Virus record (IMG/VR): IMGVR_UViG_3300044674_001589
Coordinates: 1 to 28,958 of that record
From: a virus
Taxonomy: Duplodnaviria > Caudoviricetes
Direction: 5' to 3' (one strand)
Length of the DNA stretch: 28,958 nt
Shown: positions 1 through 9,513 of the stretch, piece by piece
Numbering within the stretch: position 1 is the first letter of the stretch
How the letters are laid out: the number at the start of each line of letters is the position of its first letter
Notes under the pieces: model-generated
The model's input: only the letters and a program-made list of their open reading frames with translations
What the model was told of the DNA's origin: nothing
Databases searched by the model: none
Made by a program: the position numbers and the translations under genes

Positions 1-60
1 GGCAATCAGCTTCTGCGCTGCGTCACCCATTTCAAGTGCTTGCTCTTCTTGTTTGTCCAT
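1..60 (-). CDS. 5' end of a gene downstream of the portal (MDKQEEQALEMGDAAQKLIA...), truncated by the window edge; hypothetical head-module protein
   Basis: ATG at 60, 3 nt after the portal stop, with an AGGA RBS upstream; the frame stays open to position 1. Confidence 0.65.
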   Translation of the reverse strand, partial: MDKQEEQALEMGDAAQKLIA

Positions 61-63
61 TTG

Positions 64-2088
64 TTATCCTGTCGGTGAGACAATACCCCTGCGATCATCA
101 GTAACTTTGAGGATCTCAAGTTCGCCTTCATCGATCTTCTTCTTGTGTTGGAACTGTGCCTCTTTCAGATCCATATTGTCTGACTGAAGCGCGTGTGCAG
201 CCTGAGCTTTGAGCTCTTCAAGCTGCAGTTTCAGCTGAGCAATTTCGGCATCACTTTGTGCCTTCATCTCAGCCACTGCGGTCTGACGCTCGCTGATTTC
301 CAGCTGCTTCATGGCCATCTCTTGCTGCATCTCTTGTGCAGGGTTTGGTTGCGGTGGCGGCAGCTGGTCAGGTGGCGTCAGATAATCATCTACGTTTAGG
401 ATGCCCTGCTTTTCCATGATGGTCTTCATCACGTTGTAGCGCTTCTGGGCATCATACATTGGTGCTAGAGCTTCGTCCTGGCTGAGCATTGTATGCAGAG
501 CTAGGTACTTCTGTGCGTCACGGTCTTGCTCGCCGTAGCCTAACTTCAGCTCAGTAATTACGTCACGCTTGTCATCCCAGGTCGTAGGATCGACCGGGAC
601 AAAGTTACCGGCTAGCTGAACAACACGTTCCTGGGTCTCATTTGCTAGGATCTCGCGGTACACTTTGTGGAACAATGGGGCTACAAATCCATTTGCAAAG
701 TTACGTGCTACGATCTTCTGGCGCTGCTGTGACATGGACGCCAGCTGCTCGACCATGGCGGCTGAGTTCTGCTTTGATATAGCGTCCTTCTCGATGCCAC
801 GGCTAAGCCGGCTAACACCGGTTGTGTCTTCGTTCTGCTCTTCCAGTAGCTTCAGCGTCTGAAATACAAACGGATTAAGGCCGGCCTGGGGCATTGGTGC
901 CACGCCATCGATCCGGGTAACATTCACGATACCGCCCTGGCGATTATCGATCATTTCACGTGGGGATGTGAGCGAGCCTTTTGCTACCAGGTAGCGTGGG
1001 TTGTTTGTAATAACAGCGTGATCCAGGATCGACCTGGTCAATACTGTACGCGCATTCTGTGTTGATACGACTTTCTCGGCAAAGTTAGAGCCATAAAATG
1101 CATGCGGTATAGGTAGTGGGACGAATGCAACAAACGGTATATCGTCTACTTCATACATATCGAGCAGTGCGTTGCCGGCCTTACATACCTTGTGCAGTCT
1201 GGCCATGCCGCTGCCGTCTGGGTCGATATGGATATAGCATTCGTAGACCATGACTGTACGCACTTGGTCTTGAAAACCTTTAGCATTAAAGCCGCGGTCG
1301 CTGCCGATATCCTCATGCCGCGCCAGGATCTCTGGGTCTGTCTCTAGCTCTACGTCGCTGTGATCGTCACCGATTTCCTCGATGAGATCCTCTGAGTAAC
1401 CCATCTCGCGCAGCTCAGTGATACTCTTACGCTCACGGTGCGCCATGAATGTCACTGTAGACAGCGATTTTGCCTGGGGCTCGATGACAAAGTTCTCGGG
1501 CGGCACTGATTCAATGACCACCTGGCTTTTGTCCATCTCGCGGCTGATCGTGCCTGACAGAAGACCAATCGAATTGGCTTCGCTTTCCTCAAGCTCAACT
1601 CCGTCCTGGGTAAGCAGCATGTCCAGCTCATCTTCTGTAAGATCAGCGAACTCCTCTACTTCATATTCCAGGCGCTCATCCCAGTAGACTTTGGCCAGAC
1701 CTGCTCTAGCGAGCAGACCATCGTGGATCACATCCCTGGCGACAGAGTAAAAGTCATTCTGCCGGAAGCACACATAGTCAGTGTACTCACTGGCAATGTT
1801 AGCCATGACAACGTCATCCGCGTTTTGAGGTGAAAACTTTACGATCTTCTGACCGGCTGCCATGCTCTCCAGGAGAGCCGCAGACATCGACTGTACACTG
1901 TCGTAAACGTCCTGGCTTACGTACTTAGAGTTGCCATCGTGTTGTGGTTTAGGTAGCTCTGCCTGGTAGTATTTCTGCGTCAGTTCACGCTCTCGGCTCA
2001 GCTGGCTATCATAGTAGCCGATAGATCGAGAGATGTTGTCCTCGACAATCTTTACGACTTCTTCATCGTTCAGAGGCTTATAATCCAT
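64..2088 (-). CDS. Portal protein (large, P22 gp1-like type)
   Basis: 674 aa, directly after TerL with TAATG coupling; portal-like segments (SKYVSQDV, HDGLLARAGLAKVYW, IPHAFYG, TTGVSRLSRG); Pro-rich linker followed by a Q/E-rich helical C-terminal tail. Confidence 0.88.
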   Translation of the reverse strand: MDYKPLNDEEVVKIVEDNISRSIGYYDSQLSRERELTQKYYQAELPKPQHDGNSKYVSQDVYDSVQSMSAALLESMAAGQKIVKFSPQNADDVVMANIASEYTDYVCFRQNDFYSVARDVIHDGLLARAGLAKVYWDERLEYEVEEFADLTEDELDMLLTQDGVELEESEANSIGLLSGTISREMDKSQVVIESVPPENFVIEPQAKSLSTVTFMAHRERKSITELREMGYSEDLIEEIGDDHSDVELETDPEILARHEDIGSDRGFNAKGFQDQVRTVMVYECYIHIDPDGSGMARLHKVCKAGNALLDMYEVDDIPFVAFVPLPIPHAFYGSNFAEKVVSTQNARTVLTRSILDHAVITNNPRYLVAKGSLTSPREMIDNRQGGIVNVTRIDGVAPMPQAGLNPFVFQTLKLLEEQNEDTTGVSRLSRGIEKDAISKQNSAAMVEQLASMSQQRQKIVARNFANGFVAPLFHKVYREILANETQERVVQLAGNFVPVDPTTWDDKRDVITELKLGYGEQDRDAQKYLALHTMLSQDEALAPMYDAQKRYNVMKTIMEKQGILNVDDYLTPPDQLPPPQPNPAQEMQQEMAMKQLEISERQTAVAEMKAQSDAEIAQLKLQLEELKAQAAHALQSDNMDLKEAQFQHKKKIDEGELEILKVTDDRRGIVSPTG

Positions 2089-3659
2089 TATACCATTTCC
2101 ACATATAATTCATCCGGGATCTCTACAGGTTCCCAGGCACCTTCATGAATGTAATTAGCTAGTGCTAGAGCCATGACACAGTCATCGAAGCAGCTGGGTT
2201 CTGCTTCCATCGCACCGCTTTCAGTGACGATATAGGTCATCATTTCTCTAATGGTTGTTTTATCATTCAACAGCAGCTCTTCTTCACGCATTGCTGCGCG
2301 GAGCTGGTCGATAATCAGAGGCTTGGTTTTAGCTGTAGTACTAAAGCCCAGCTTTACAGTCTCACGATCTGTGATCTTGTCATGCTGCACCTCTGTATAA
2401 AAGTTGGTGTACGCCATGTCTTTGCCTAGTCGCGTACACGTAAGTATTCCATGACCGTTGTTTTCAACGATGATATGCGCCTCGTTATAATACGTTCCGA
2501 GCGCATAGAGTATTTCCGCATAATAATCTGGATGTATTTGGCCTCGCCAAGTAGCCACCTGCCGCTTCTTGCTGTCCAAAACCTGCGCCACAGACCAGTC
2601 GCCGTTTCGCACACCCATTGCCACATCAGCTCCAATGACATAACGCTCACCCTCATCGTGTTTCATGTATGTTGTTAGTTCGCCGCGTGAATGGTTACGC
2701 CACTCACCGTCTTCCCAAGCCAGGCGCTCCTGGACATCAGCTGTCTCATCGAGGATGTCTACAAGTTGATCTGGATTGAAAACAGGACGACCTGTCGTCA
2801 GGAAAGCCTCATCTGGTGTCGATGGGTACTCCTGGCGAAACAGGTCGATACCATTTTGTGCAATCTTACGTCTGCGGAACATGAGCTGTTCGTCATCTAA
2901 GTCGTGCTTTTCAGCCAGCTCTTGTTCTTCCGGGGTACGCTCGAAAGTATCTGTGACAGTCTCTCTGTACTCTGGATCTGTAAACCATGGTATAAACACC
3001 GGCACGAAACCATTTTCGCCGGCCACCGCACCACGCCAGAGGTTCCAGAAGACGCCGTTTACACCGTTCGCCGTGCTCTCGACAAATATACTCGTATCAT
3101 TAGTATTCGGTACTGCTTGTACAAGGCCGTTCCAAGTCTCATCCGCAGTTGACTTAGGCCAAAACGCAATTTCCGAGGCGTGTACGCAACTAAGGGTTTC
3201 GCCACGACCGACCGCGTCGCCACCTGCTGTGGCAACGACATAAGAGCTATCGAGAACATCAAATGTTAATTCCCTTCGTGAAGAGTATTTGGTTGATGGT
3301 TTGAGAATGTCAGGGCAATGCTGATGATAACGCTTCGTCATATCAAACAGCGCCCTGGTGCTATCTGCATGGTGTGTGATGACCATGGCTTTGCGAGCCT
3401 TGTTTTGGCTCACGGTGAAGTACAGGTGTCCACCAACGTATGTTGACAAGCCTTGCTGGCGAGCCTTCAAGATGATGACCCTTATCTTCCCTTCACTCTC
3501 AAGTTGTTTGCTAACAGCCTCGTTTAGGATCTTCTGTGCTTCATTTAAAACTAAAGGGGCGACTTCGCCCCTCTTTGTTCTAATCTTCAGTGCAGCTTTT
3601 GCGTAGTAATCGAAATCAGTGTGTAGTTTCTTCCTGATTTGCCTCAGCTTTTTGTCCAT
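2088..3659 (-). CDS. terL: Terminase large subunit
   Basis: Walker A-like ILKARQQGLST, Walker B CVHASE, coupling motif ESTA, FRQEYP, RNase H-like nuclease motifs IGADVA and DDCVMALALA. Confidence 0.95.
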   Translation of the reverse strand: MDKKLRQIRKKLHTDFDYYAKAALKIRTKRGEVAPLVLNEAQKILNEAVSKQLESEGKIRVIILKARQQGLSTYVGGHLYFTVSQNKARKAMVITHHADSTRALFDMTKRYHQHCPDILKPSTKYSSRRELTFDVLDSSYVVATAGGDAVGRGETLSCVHASEIAFWPKSTADETWNGLVQAVPNTNDTSIFVESTANGVNGVFWNLWRGAVAGENGFVPVFIPWFTDPEYRETVTDTFERTPEEQELAEKHDLDDEQLMFRRRKIAQNGIDLFRQEYPSTPDEAFLTTGRPVFNPDQLVDILDETADVQERLAWEDGEWRNHSRGELTTYMKHDEGERYVIGADVAMGVRNGDWSVAQVLDSKKRQVATWRGQIHPDYYAEILYALGTYYNEAHIIVENNGHGILTCTRLGKDMAYTNFYTEVQHDKITDRETVKLGFSTTAKTKPLIIDQLRAAMREEELLLNDKTTIREMMTYIVTESGAMEAEPSCFDDCVMALALANYIHEGAWEPVEIPDELYVEMV

Positions 3660-4134
3660 TGGTTTGCTCTTCTTGTAATAGTCCTTCGAGGAAACTCTCA
3701 GCCTGGCTGATAGCCATTTCTGACTTCGATGCCGGCTTCTGCTTGGTAAAGTCTAATACAAGTCGCGCAGCTGACAGCCTGTCCCTGGTTGCATCAGGTG
3801 ACCGCATGATCTCGACAGCTGTTACCAGTGCCTCGGTTGCGTACTCATCTGGATTAACGTCTAGCTTCTTTGTCATTACTTCGACTACCTTTTCTGCCTC
3901 GCCTCGCAGCTTTTGCCGTAGAGGTTCGATTGTTTTCTTTCTGTAGCCATCCGGCACACCTTTAGGCCGCCCAGGGTTCTTCCTGGGGCGTTTAGACCAC
4001 TCTTTACGCAGCGCCCTGCCCTCTGGTGTGGACATGAGCGTTGCGAAATAGTTGTTCTTAGGTGCGCGTTGTGGATGGGTACCATTGCCATGCCGCGGCG
4101 GTGCCTTGGCGCGTGGCTCTTTTGGTTTACTCAT
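3616..4134 (-). CDS. Probable terminase small subunit
   Basis: 172 aa, overlaps the TerL start; basic N-terminus with NPGRPKGVPDG, followed by a helical oligomerisation-like region. Confidence 0.65.
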   Translation of the reverse strand: MSKPKEPRAKAPPRHGNGTHPQRAPKNNYFATLMSTPEGRALRKEWSKRPRKNPGRPKGVPDGYRKKTIEPLRQKLRGEAEKVVEVMTKKLDVNPDEYATEALVTAVEIMRSPDATRDRLSAARLVLDFTKQKPASKSEMAISQAESFLEGLLQEEQTNGQKAEANQEETTH

Positions 4135-4292
4135 ATTATGCTTTTAGCGTACTCGACCACTTGTTTATAAAACGATGGATCTTCTTTACGCTTCCTTTTG
4201 GTGGGTACCGGCTTTTTACGTTTAGTAACCTTTTGTGGCTGGTTTTTGTACTTACGCATGTCAATGCCAATACGGTTTGTATAATCAGTCAT
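4131..4292 (-). CDS. Small basic hypothetical protein, 53 aa (MTDYTNRIGIDMRKYKNQPQKVTKRKKPVPTKRKRKEDPSFYKQVVEYAKSII); not in the ORF track
   Basis: AAGGA RBS upstream of ATG 4292; fills the gap exactly; its TGA overlaps the TerS ATG (ATGA). Confidence 0.75.
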   Translation of the reverse strand: MTDYTNRIGIDMRKYKNQPQKVTKRKKPVPTKRKRKEDPSFYKQVVEYAKSII

Positions 4293-4302
4293 ATTGGTTC
4301 CT

Positions 4303-7300
4303 TTATGCTGTTAGAGCGCCGCGACCTAGAGTAAGCAGCGCCTTTTCTTCTTCGTCTTCTTTCTCAGCCAGGAGCATGTTTGCCATAACCATGGCGACAA
4401 CAGCGCTGAATGGCGCAGAGAAGAATTGCACGTTGGGATTATCTTTAAGTAAAAGGCGAACTAGCTTTGTTGCTTTTGGCATTTCACGCTTGGCCAGCTT
4501 AGGGTCAAACATGTAAATACCCAATAGGTCGGCGGCCAGCTCATAAGGTGTGTGAAAATAGGTACGCTCACCTTCTCTCATCACAGTATCATACTTGCTT
4601 TGAGTTACCTTACCCTTCGAGACAAGCTCCATACCCTTCGAGTAATCATTACGCACAGGAAACTTTGTTCCAAAGCCTTCAAGTATGCCAGTCCTTTGCA
4701 TACGGATTACTTCGTTTATGATGTCCCTGGCGTCCTGGTTGGTGAACTCGCCTGTGGCTACCTTTTTATCACCAAATAGCTCCAGCAGCTCACGTATGGC
4801 TGCCCGGAACGTATTTGAGTACGTGGCATTGTTTACTGGGTCGGGTATAGACTGCTGTGAGAGCGGCGAGTAAAAGTCTTTACCGAGGTTCTCTGAGCCC
4901 TCTTGCCGGGCTGCTTCATCCACGTAGCTAGTCTCTATTGCGTGACCCAGCTCATGCAGCGCTGCGAATATATCAGCGCCCTTATACTTTTTAGCTTTTG
5001 ATTGAATGATGCCGAACCGAGCACCTCTACCTAATTTATACCCCTCTGGGCTAGGCATGGCCACTCTGGCACCTTTTGTATTGTTCAGCTTACTGCGCTT
5101 TACGGCCAGTTTCTTTGCGAGATCTGTTTGGCTAGTTGCCAGGTGGAATACATGATTGAAAGCCTGGCCAATCTTCTCGATAGTATCGTAATCACGGATA
5201 CCGTTTTCATATGGCGAGCCTGGCTTTCCGACTTCGAAAGCTGCTTGGACTACACCAAGAGCCTCACGGTTTTCTTCCGGTGTAGGCTCTCTCGAACCAG
5301 CTAGACTTGTTTTTGGAAGTTCAGTATCCCCGGCGCGTCCGTTATTTCCTCCGTCATCGAGGTCAAGGACGCCTTGTTGCCGGTTGACTGATTCTGCTGC
5401 ATTGCTTCCCTGCGCTCTTTGCGTTTGCTCAGCAACAAGTGTACTAAGTCGAGCTCGTCCTTCTCGTTCTGCGTTAGCGGCTTCGGTTTCCCCTGCGATA
5501 GCTTTAATGACTTCAGTTGCGGCATCTACATAATCCCTTGTTGGAGAGTTGACACCCATCTTGGTGTACAGTTGTTGTTCGTATGCCCACCACAGCGCTT
5601 GCAGCTGCGCCGGCTCTAAATCGAGCTCAGCGGCAACCCTGGAAATGACCTCATCCTGTACCATACGCTCTTCCGGCGAGGACGGCTGAGACAGCATCTC
5701 TTTACCGTTCGCGGTGAACATACGTCCGACCAGTCTGTTCCAGCTTCTGGTGAACCACTCATCTTTGGTTACTTTACTCTCATTACCACTATTATTCAAT
5801 AGGAACGGACTAAATTTAGCACCCAAAACCTGTGATCCATAGACCATGCCGTCAGCATCTGCATACTTTGCAATGTTCTTTGCACTTTCCTCACTACCGA
5901 AGCCTAAATCCATGTACATCTGCGTCACTTCCGCAGCTGGATGTGGTGACACCATCCACATCATGAAAGATTCTAGGTCACCGAAAGTATCTATGCCTTT
6001 TTGGATTGCTGCGAGTGCATTTCTTGTTGTTGAGCCTCTAGCTGTCCAGGCTAGTTCCTCACCGATTGCTTCTTTTGCATCTACGTTTGCATCGTTAATA
6101 AACAGACCACCTTTATATTTAGATAATGGTATCCGTCCGTTCTCAATGTAATAACGCAGAACATCTACGGCTAGTTTTGCGTTTGCAACCGGGTTTTGAC
6201 CGCCTGATAGAGGTGATATCAATGTCCAAAACAGGAGCTGCAGCGGCAGTCCGTTGTCTGGATTGTTTGATGTGGGATCTTCTCTTAACTCAGGTATGAC
6301 CGAAGACATCATGTCTAATGCTTGCGGTGAACCAAAAGTATACCAGTAAGCTGCGCCTGGGTTAGTTTTGTAAAACTCTTTAGCTTCAGCCAGTATGTCC
6401 TGGAAAAGACGTTCTTTAAGCTCATCAGTGTAGTCAATGGTGTTTGTTTCTTTACCGCCGCGAACAGTTCGAGGGGCTTTTGATCCGGCTTTGATTGATT
6501 CAGCCTCTAAGAACCGACCAACATCATCAACAGTCACAACCCCTTTTTTACCAGTACCTTCGATTGAGGGTGGGTTGTCCATAAAACCAATGGTACGCAT
6601 TTCATTGATTTCGGGCTGCTGCTTGGGAACAATCCTGATCGTGTCGTAGATCGGCGCGATGCGACCAGATGACTTGACTTTAATTGTGCCAATTTGACGG
6701 CCATATTCCAGTTTACCAAAGCCACGAGGCCGCATTGTAGGCTCATCTTGCTTACTGCCATCAATCCGCAATGCTTTACGGTACAGCTCTGTCGGAACAT
6801 CTGCTTCATACTGCAGCGCAAACTGATGACCTTCTTCGTTATGATCAACAGTTACAATGAATGACTGCGGTAGGTTTTGTGGGTTGTCTACCCACTCGTA
6901 TAGGTTCGGACGCACCAAATTACTGTGCCACCGTCTGCCGTCCTTTTTGTCTGGCGCTGCTGATTGCTCTGGGTCTACCTCTAATCGACCGCGGCCATTC
7001 TCACCAATAGAAACGCGAGCGCCGCCGTAGGTGTTACCTGTTACATCCTCGCTGCCGGCCTGGTAGTTGCCCTGGTCAACTTCAATACCATCTATCTTCT
7101 TATAGAGTGCCTGTGTCTTCGGGAACACTGAGAGACCTTCGCCAAAGTTAGGCACCGCCATGAAGTTTGTTTCTTCTTGTGTGCTTGCTTGCTGGCCAAT
7201 CACCCGGTTTACGTACGGCATTACGTACGCTTCGACCAATGCTGGGTCAGATACCTGGCTTTCAGCCTTCGCAGCTATATCCATAGCCCGGTCACCTGGG

Positions 7301-9501
7301 TTAGCCCCCAGGTTGCTGCGTAGATCAGCCAGTGCATCAATCAGTACAGCCTTGTCGTCATCAGAGATCGTAGGATCTGCGTCTACAGCCTCAATGAGAG
7401 CTGTATTGGCAGCCTGGTTGTCTTGTATGCCGCGTACATAGCCGGCAGATACATCACGTGGGGCTGCAGCTGAGGATGCGGCTGCCTGGACTGCGCCTGG
7501 CATAGGTGCTTTATCCCTGGTGACTGATGTAGACTGCTGATCGAGCGCAGTGCTCATTGCAGCGCCCACTGCAGTCATGTTTGGTGTTCTGCCGCCCTCT
7601 TGTATAGCCTTTATCATTGCCTGGGCGTCTGCTGCGATCACAGGATCTGCAGCTGCCATGGCCTCAAGCAGCTGTACGGCTCTTTGTGGGCTCAGGCCGC
7701 GCTCTTTTAGCATTGCATCGAGAGTTACAAAAGGTAAGTCGCCATTCTTCTCGTATTGCGACTTGTGGATCTCTTTTGCCCTGGCGCGTTGCTCCTGGTT
7801 GGCCTTCTTGATGCCTTCAGTCTCTTGTCTGCGTGTTTCACGGACTGATTCTAGGTCAGTATCTATTGCGATGCCATCATTCTTTGACAGGTTGTCCGAA
7901 ATGTATCTTTTTATGCGGCTGCGGCGGCCTGTTAAGGCATCAATACCGCGACCACCTATGACTGCAGCGGTCTGCACTGCAGGTATCAGTGGGTTTACAG
8001 ACGCACCGTACAATGTACCAAGCACACGTGTTGGGGTCTCGATGAGGCTGCGGTCAGAGTAGCCTACGTTACTAGGCATCGGAGACAACTGGTCGGTAAT
8101 TTTAGATACACCACCAATATAGCCAGCATTATGCAGCGTAGTCAGTTCGTTCATCTGCCGCATAAGTGACAACAGACGTTGGCCTTCTTGTGTGTTGCCG
8201 GCAAGCCTATCAATGGCTTCCATCTCTTCAATACCGACAGTGCTTTTTGCTTTGTTACGGGCTTCTCTACGCCCGGCAATAGCAAGTACTTTATCAAGAG
8301 CAACAGCTAGTGGGTCTGTGTCAGTAATATCTAGCTGTGTACGTAAATCATTAGCAAATAGCTTCAGTTCTTCAGATATCTGGATGTGTGCCTTGTCTAT
8401 AGCTTCACGTGCGCCTGATGTGCTTTGCTTGTTAACGTCTTTTAGGTTTAGGTCGTTTCTCTTTGCAATCCTATCGAGCCTGGTAGCCAGCTCAGTGGCC
8501 GCCTGGGGATCGTTGCCAATCATTACAGGGTTAATGACCTCACCAAGCTCTGTAAGGCGCTGTGCGCCAGCCTCGCGTGTTGCGTTAGCTGTTGGTGCAA
8601 GCTCAGTAACTGCCCTGGTACCACCACCGTAGGCTGAACCTAGTACAGATGCATCGATAGCACGGTCAGCCAGCTCCTGGCCGGTGTACTCAGCGCCCTG
8701 TGATGCCGCGCCACCAACGATAGCTGTTTCCTGGGCAACTTCAGTTGCACCCTCGGCTGCTGCAGCCTTTGTGACGCGCCCTGTATATGCCTGGGCAGCC
8801 TCTCCAAAGCCTTTCTGAGACAATTCTTTGATGACTTCGTCAGCTGACATACCAGCAAGGCGGTCTACTGGGATGACTTTGCCGGCACCGAACCTGTCGA
8901 GGAAGCCTACCAGGGCTCCAACGCCGGCTGCGACCTTCGAATCATAGCTGCCGGTCTTTTCTTCCATCTCCATGGCAGCTTCGCCGGCTCCCATAAGACC
9001 GGAACCTGCAGTTACAGCTGCGCCGCCGCCAAACACAAGCCATGCTGGCGCTCCGAGAGCTGCCGCTGCGGCTGTTAGGCCGGTACCTGCAATAGCAGCG
9101 CCGCCAGATGGCGCATTTTCCAGTAGTTTCTCACCTAGTGCCGGCAGAAACGTGCCTTGCTGGTAGTTTTCACGCAGTGATCCAGGGTACTGAGGCTGGT
9201 AGCCGCCGGCTGCGATGTCTTTTTCTTGCTGTGCGGCCATGTCCGTGCCGTACTGTTTGACACCTTCAATACCAGTTAGATCTCCAGCTACCTCGATGCC
9301 TTTACCTACCATCTGCTGCATGCGGTCAACGCCATACATCAGTGCGCCGTCGCGCTGCTGAGGTGCTGGGGCTGCCGGCTTGGGCTGCGTCTGACCGCCT
9401 TGTGCTTGTTTGATCAGGGCAGCCAGGCGTTGTGCGGCTGCAGTGTCCCCTGCCGCGTCTGCATTACGCAGCGCAGTCATCAGCTGATTGATATCGGCCA
9501 T
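4303..9501 (-). CDS. Large polyvalent internal virion / DNA ejection protein with an HhH-GPD glycosylase-like domain and an HExxH metallopeptidase domain
   Basis: 1732 aa, last of three Ala/Gly/Gln-rich genes after the nozzle (P22 gp16 / T7 gp16 position); ejection-protein-type N-terminus (ALRNADAAGDTAAAQRLA); hydrophobic Ala/Gly segments; GAK...VTKDEW motif; HELGH motif. Confidence 0.78.
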   Translation of the reverse strand: MADINQLMTALRNADAAGDTAAAQRLAALIKQAQGGQTQPKPAAPAPQQRDGALMYGVDRMQQMVGKGIEVAGDLTGIEGVKQYGTDMAAQQEKDIAAGGYQPQYPGSLRENYQQGTFLPALGEKLLENAPSGGAAIAGTGLTAAAAALGAPAWLVFGGGAAVTAGSGLMGAGEAAMEMEEKTGSYDSKVAAGVGALVGFLDRFGAGKVIPVDRLAGMSADEVIKELSQKGFGEAAQAYTGRVTKAAAAEGATEVAQETAIVGGAASQGAEYTGQELADRAIDASVLGSAYGGGTRAVTELAPTANATREAGAQRLTELGEVINPVMIGNDPQAATELATRLDRIAKRNDLNLKDVNKQSTSGAREAIDKAHIQISEELKLFANDLRTQLDITDTDPLAVALDKVLAIAGRREARNKAKSTVGIEEMEAIDRLAGNTQEGQRLLSLMRQMNELTTLHNAGYIGGVSKITDQLSPMPSNVGYSDRSLIETPTRVLGTLYGASVNPLIPAVQTAAVIGGRGIDALTGRRSRIKRYISDNLSKNDGIAIDTDLESVRETRRQETEGIKKANQEQRARAKEIHKSQYEKNGDLPFVTLDAMLKERGLSPQRAVQLLEAMAAADPVIAADAQAMIKAIQEGGRTPNMTAVGAAMSTALDQQSTSVTRDKAPMPGAVQAAASSAAAPRDVSAGYVRGIQDNQAANTALIEAVDADPTISDDDKAVLIDALADLRSNLGANPGDRAMDIAAKAESQVSDPALVEAYVMPYVNRVIGQQASTQEETNFMAVPNFGEGLSVFPKTQALYKKIDGIEVDQGNYQAGSEDVTGNTYGGARVSIGENGRGRLEVDPEQSAAPDKKDGRRWHSNLVRPNLYEWVDNPQNLPQSFIVTVDHNEEGHQFALQYEADVPTELYRKALRIDGSKQDEPTMRPRGFGKLEYGRQIGTIKVKSSGRIAPIYDTIRIVPKQQPEINEMRTIGFMDNPPSIEGTGKKGVVTVDDVGRFLEAESIKAGSKAPRTVRGGKETNTIDYTDELKERLFQDILAEAKEFYKTNPGAAYWYTFGSPQALDMMSSVIPELREDPTSNNPDNGLPLQLLFWTLISPLSGGQNPVANAKLAVDVLRYYIENGRIPLSKYKGGLFINDANVDAKEAIGEELAWTARGSTTRNALAAIQKGIDTFGDLESFMMWMVSPHPAAEVTQMYMDLGFGSEESAKNIAKYADADGMVYGSQVLGAKFSPFLLNNSGNESKVTKDEWFTRSWNRLVGRMFTANGKEMLSQPSSPEERMVQDEVISRVAAELDLEPAQLQALWWAYEQQLYTKMGVNSPTRDYVDAATEVIKAIAGETEAANAEREGRARLSTLVAEQTQRAQGSNAAESVNRQQGVLDLDDGGNNGRAGDTELPKTSLAGSREPTPEENREALGVVQAAFEVGKPGSPYENGIRDYDTIEKIGQAFNHVFHLATSQTDLAKKLAVKRSKLNNTKGARVAMPSPEGYKLGRGARFGIIQSKAKKYKGADIFAALHELGHAIETSYVDEAARQEGSENLGKDFYSPLSQQSIPDPVNNATYSNTFRAAIRELLELFGDKKVATGEFTNQDARDIINEVIRMQRTGILEGFGTKFPVRNDYSKGMELVSKGKVTQSKYDTVMREGERTYFHTPYELAADLLGIYMFDPKLAKREMPKATKLVRLLLKDNPNVQFFSAPFSAVVAMVMANMLLAEKEDEEEKALLTLGRGALTA

Positions 9502-9513
9502 GTCAGATCCTTG

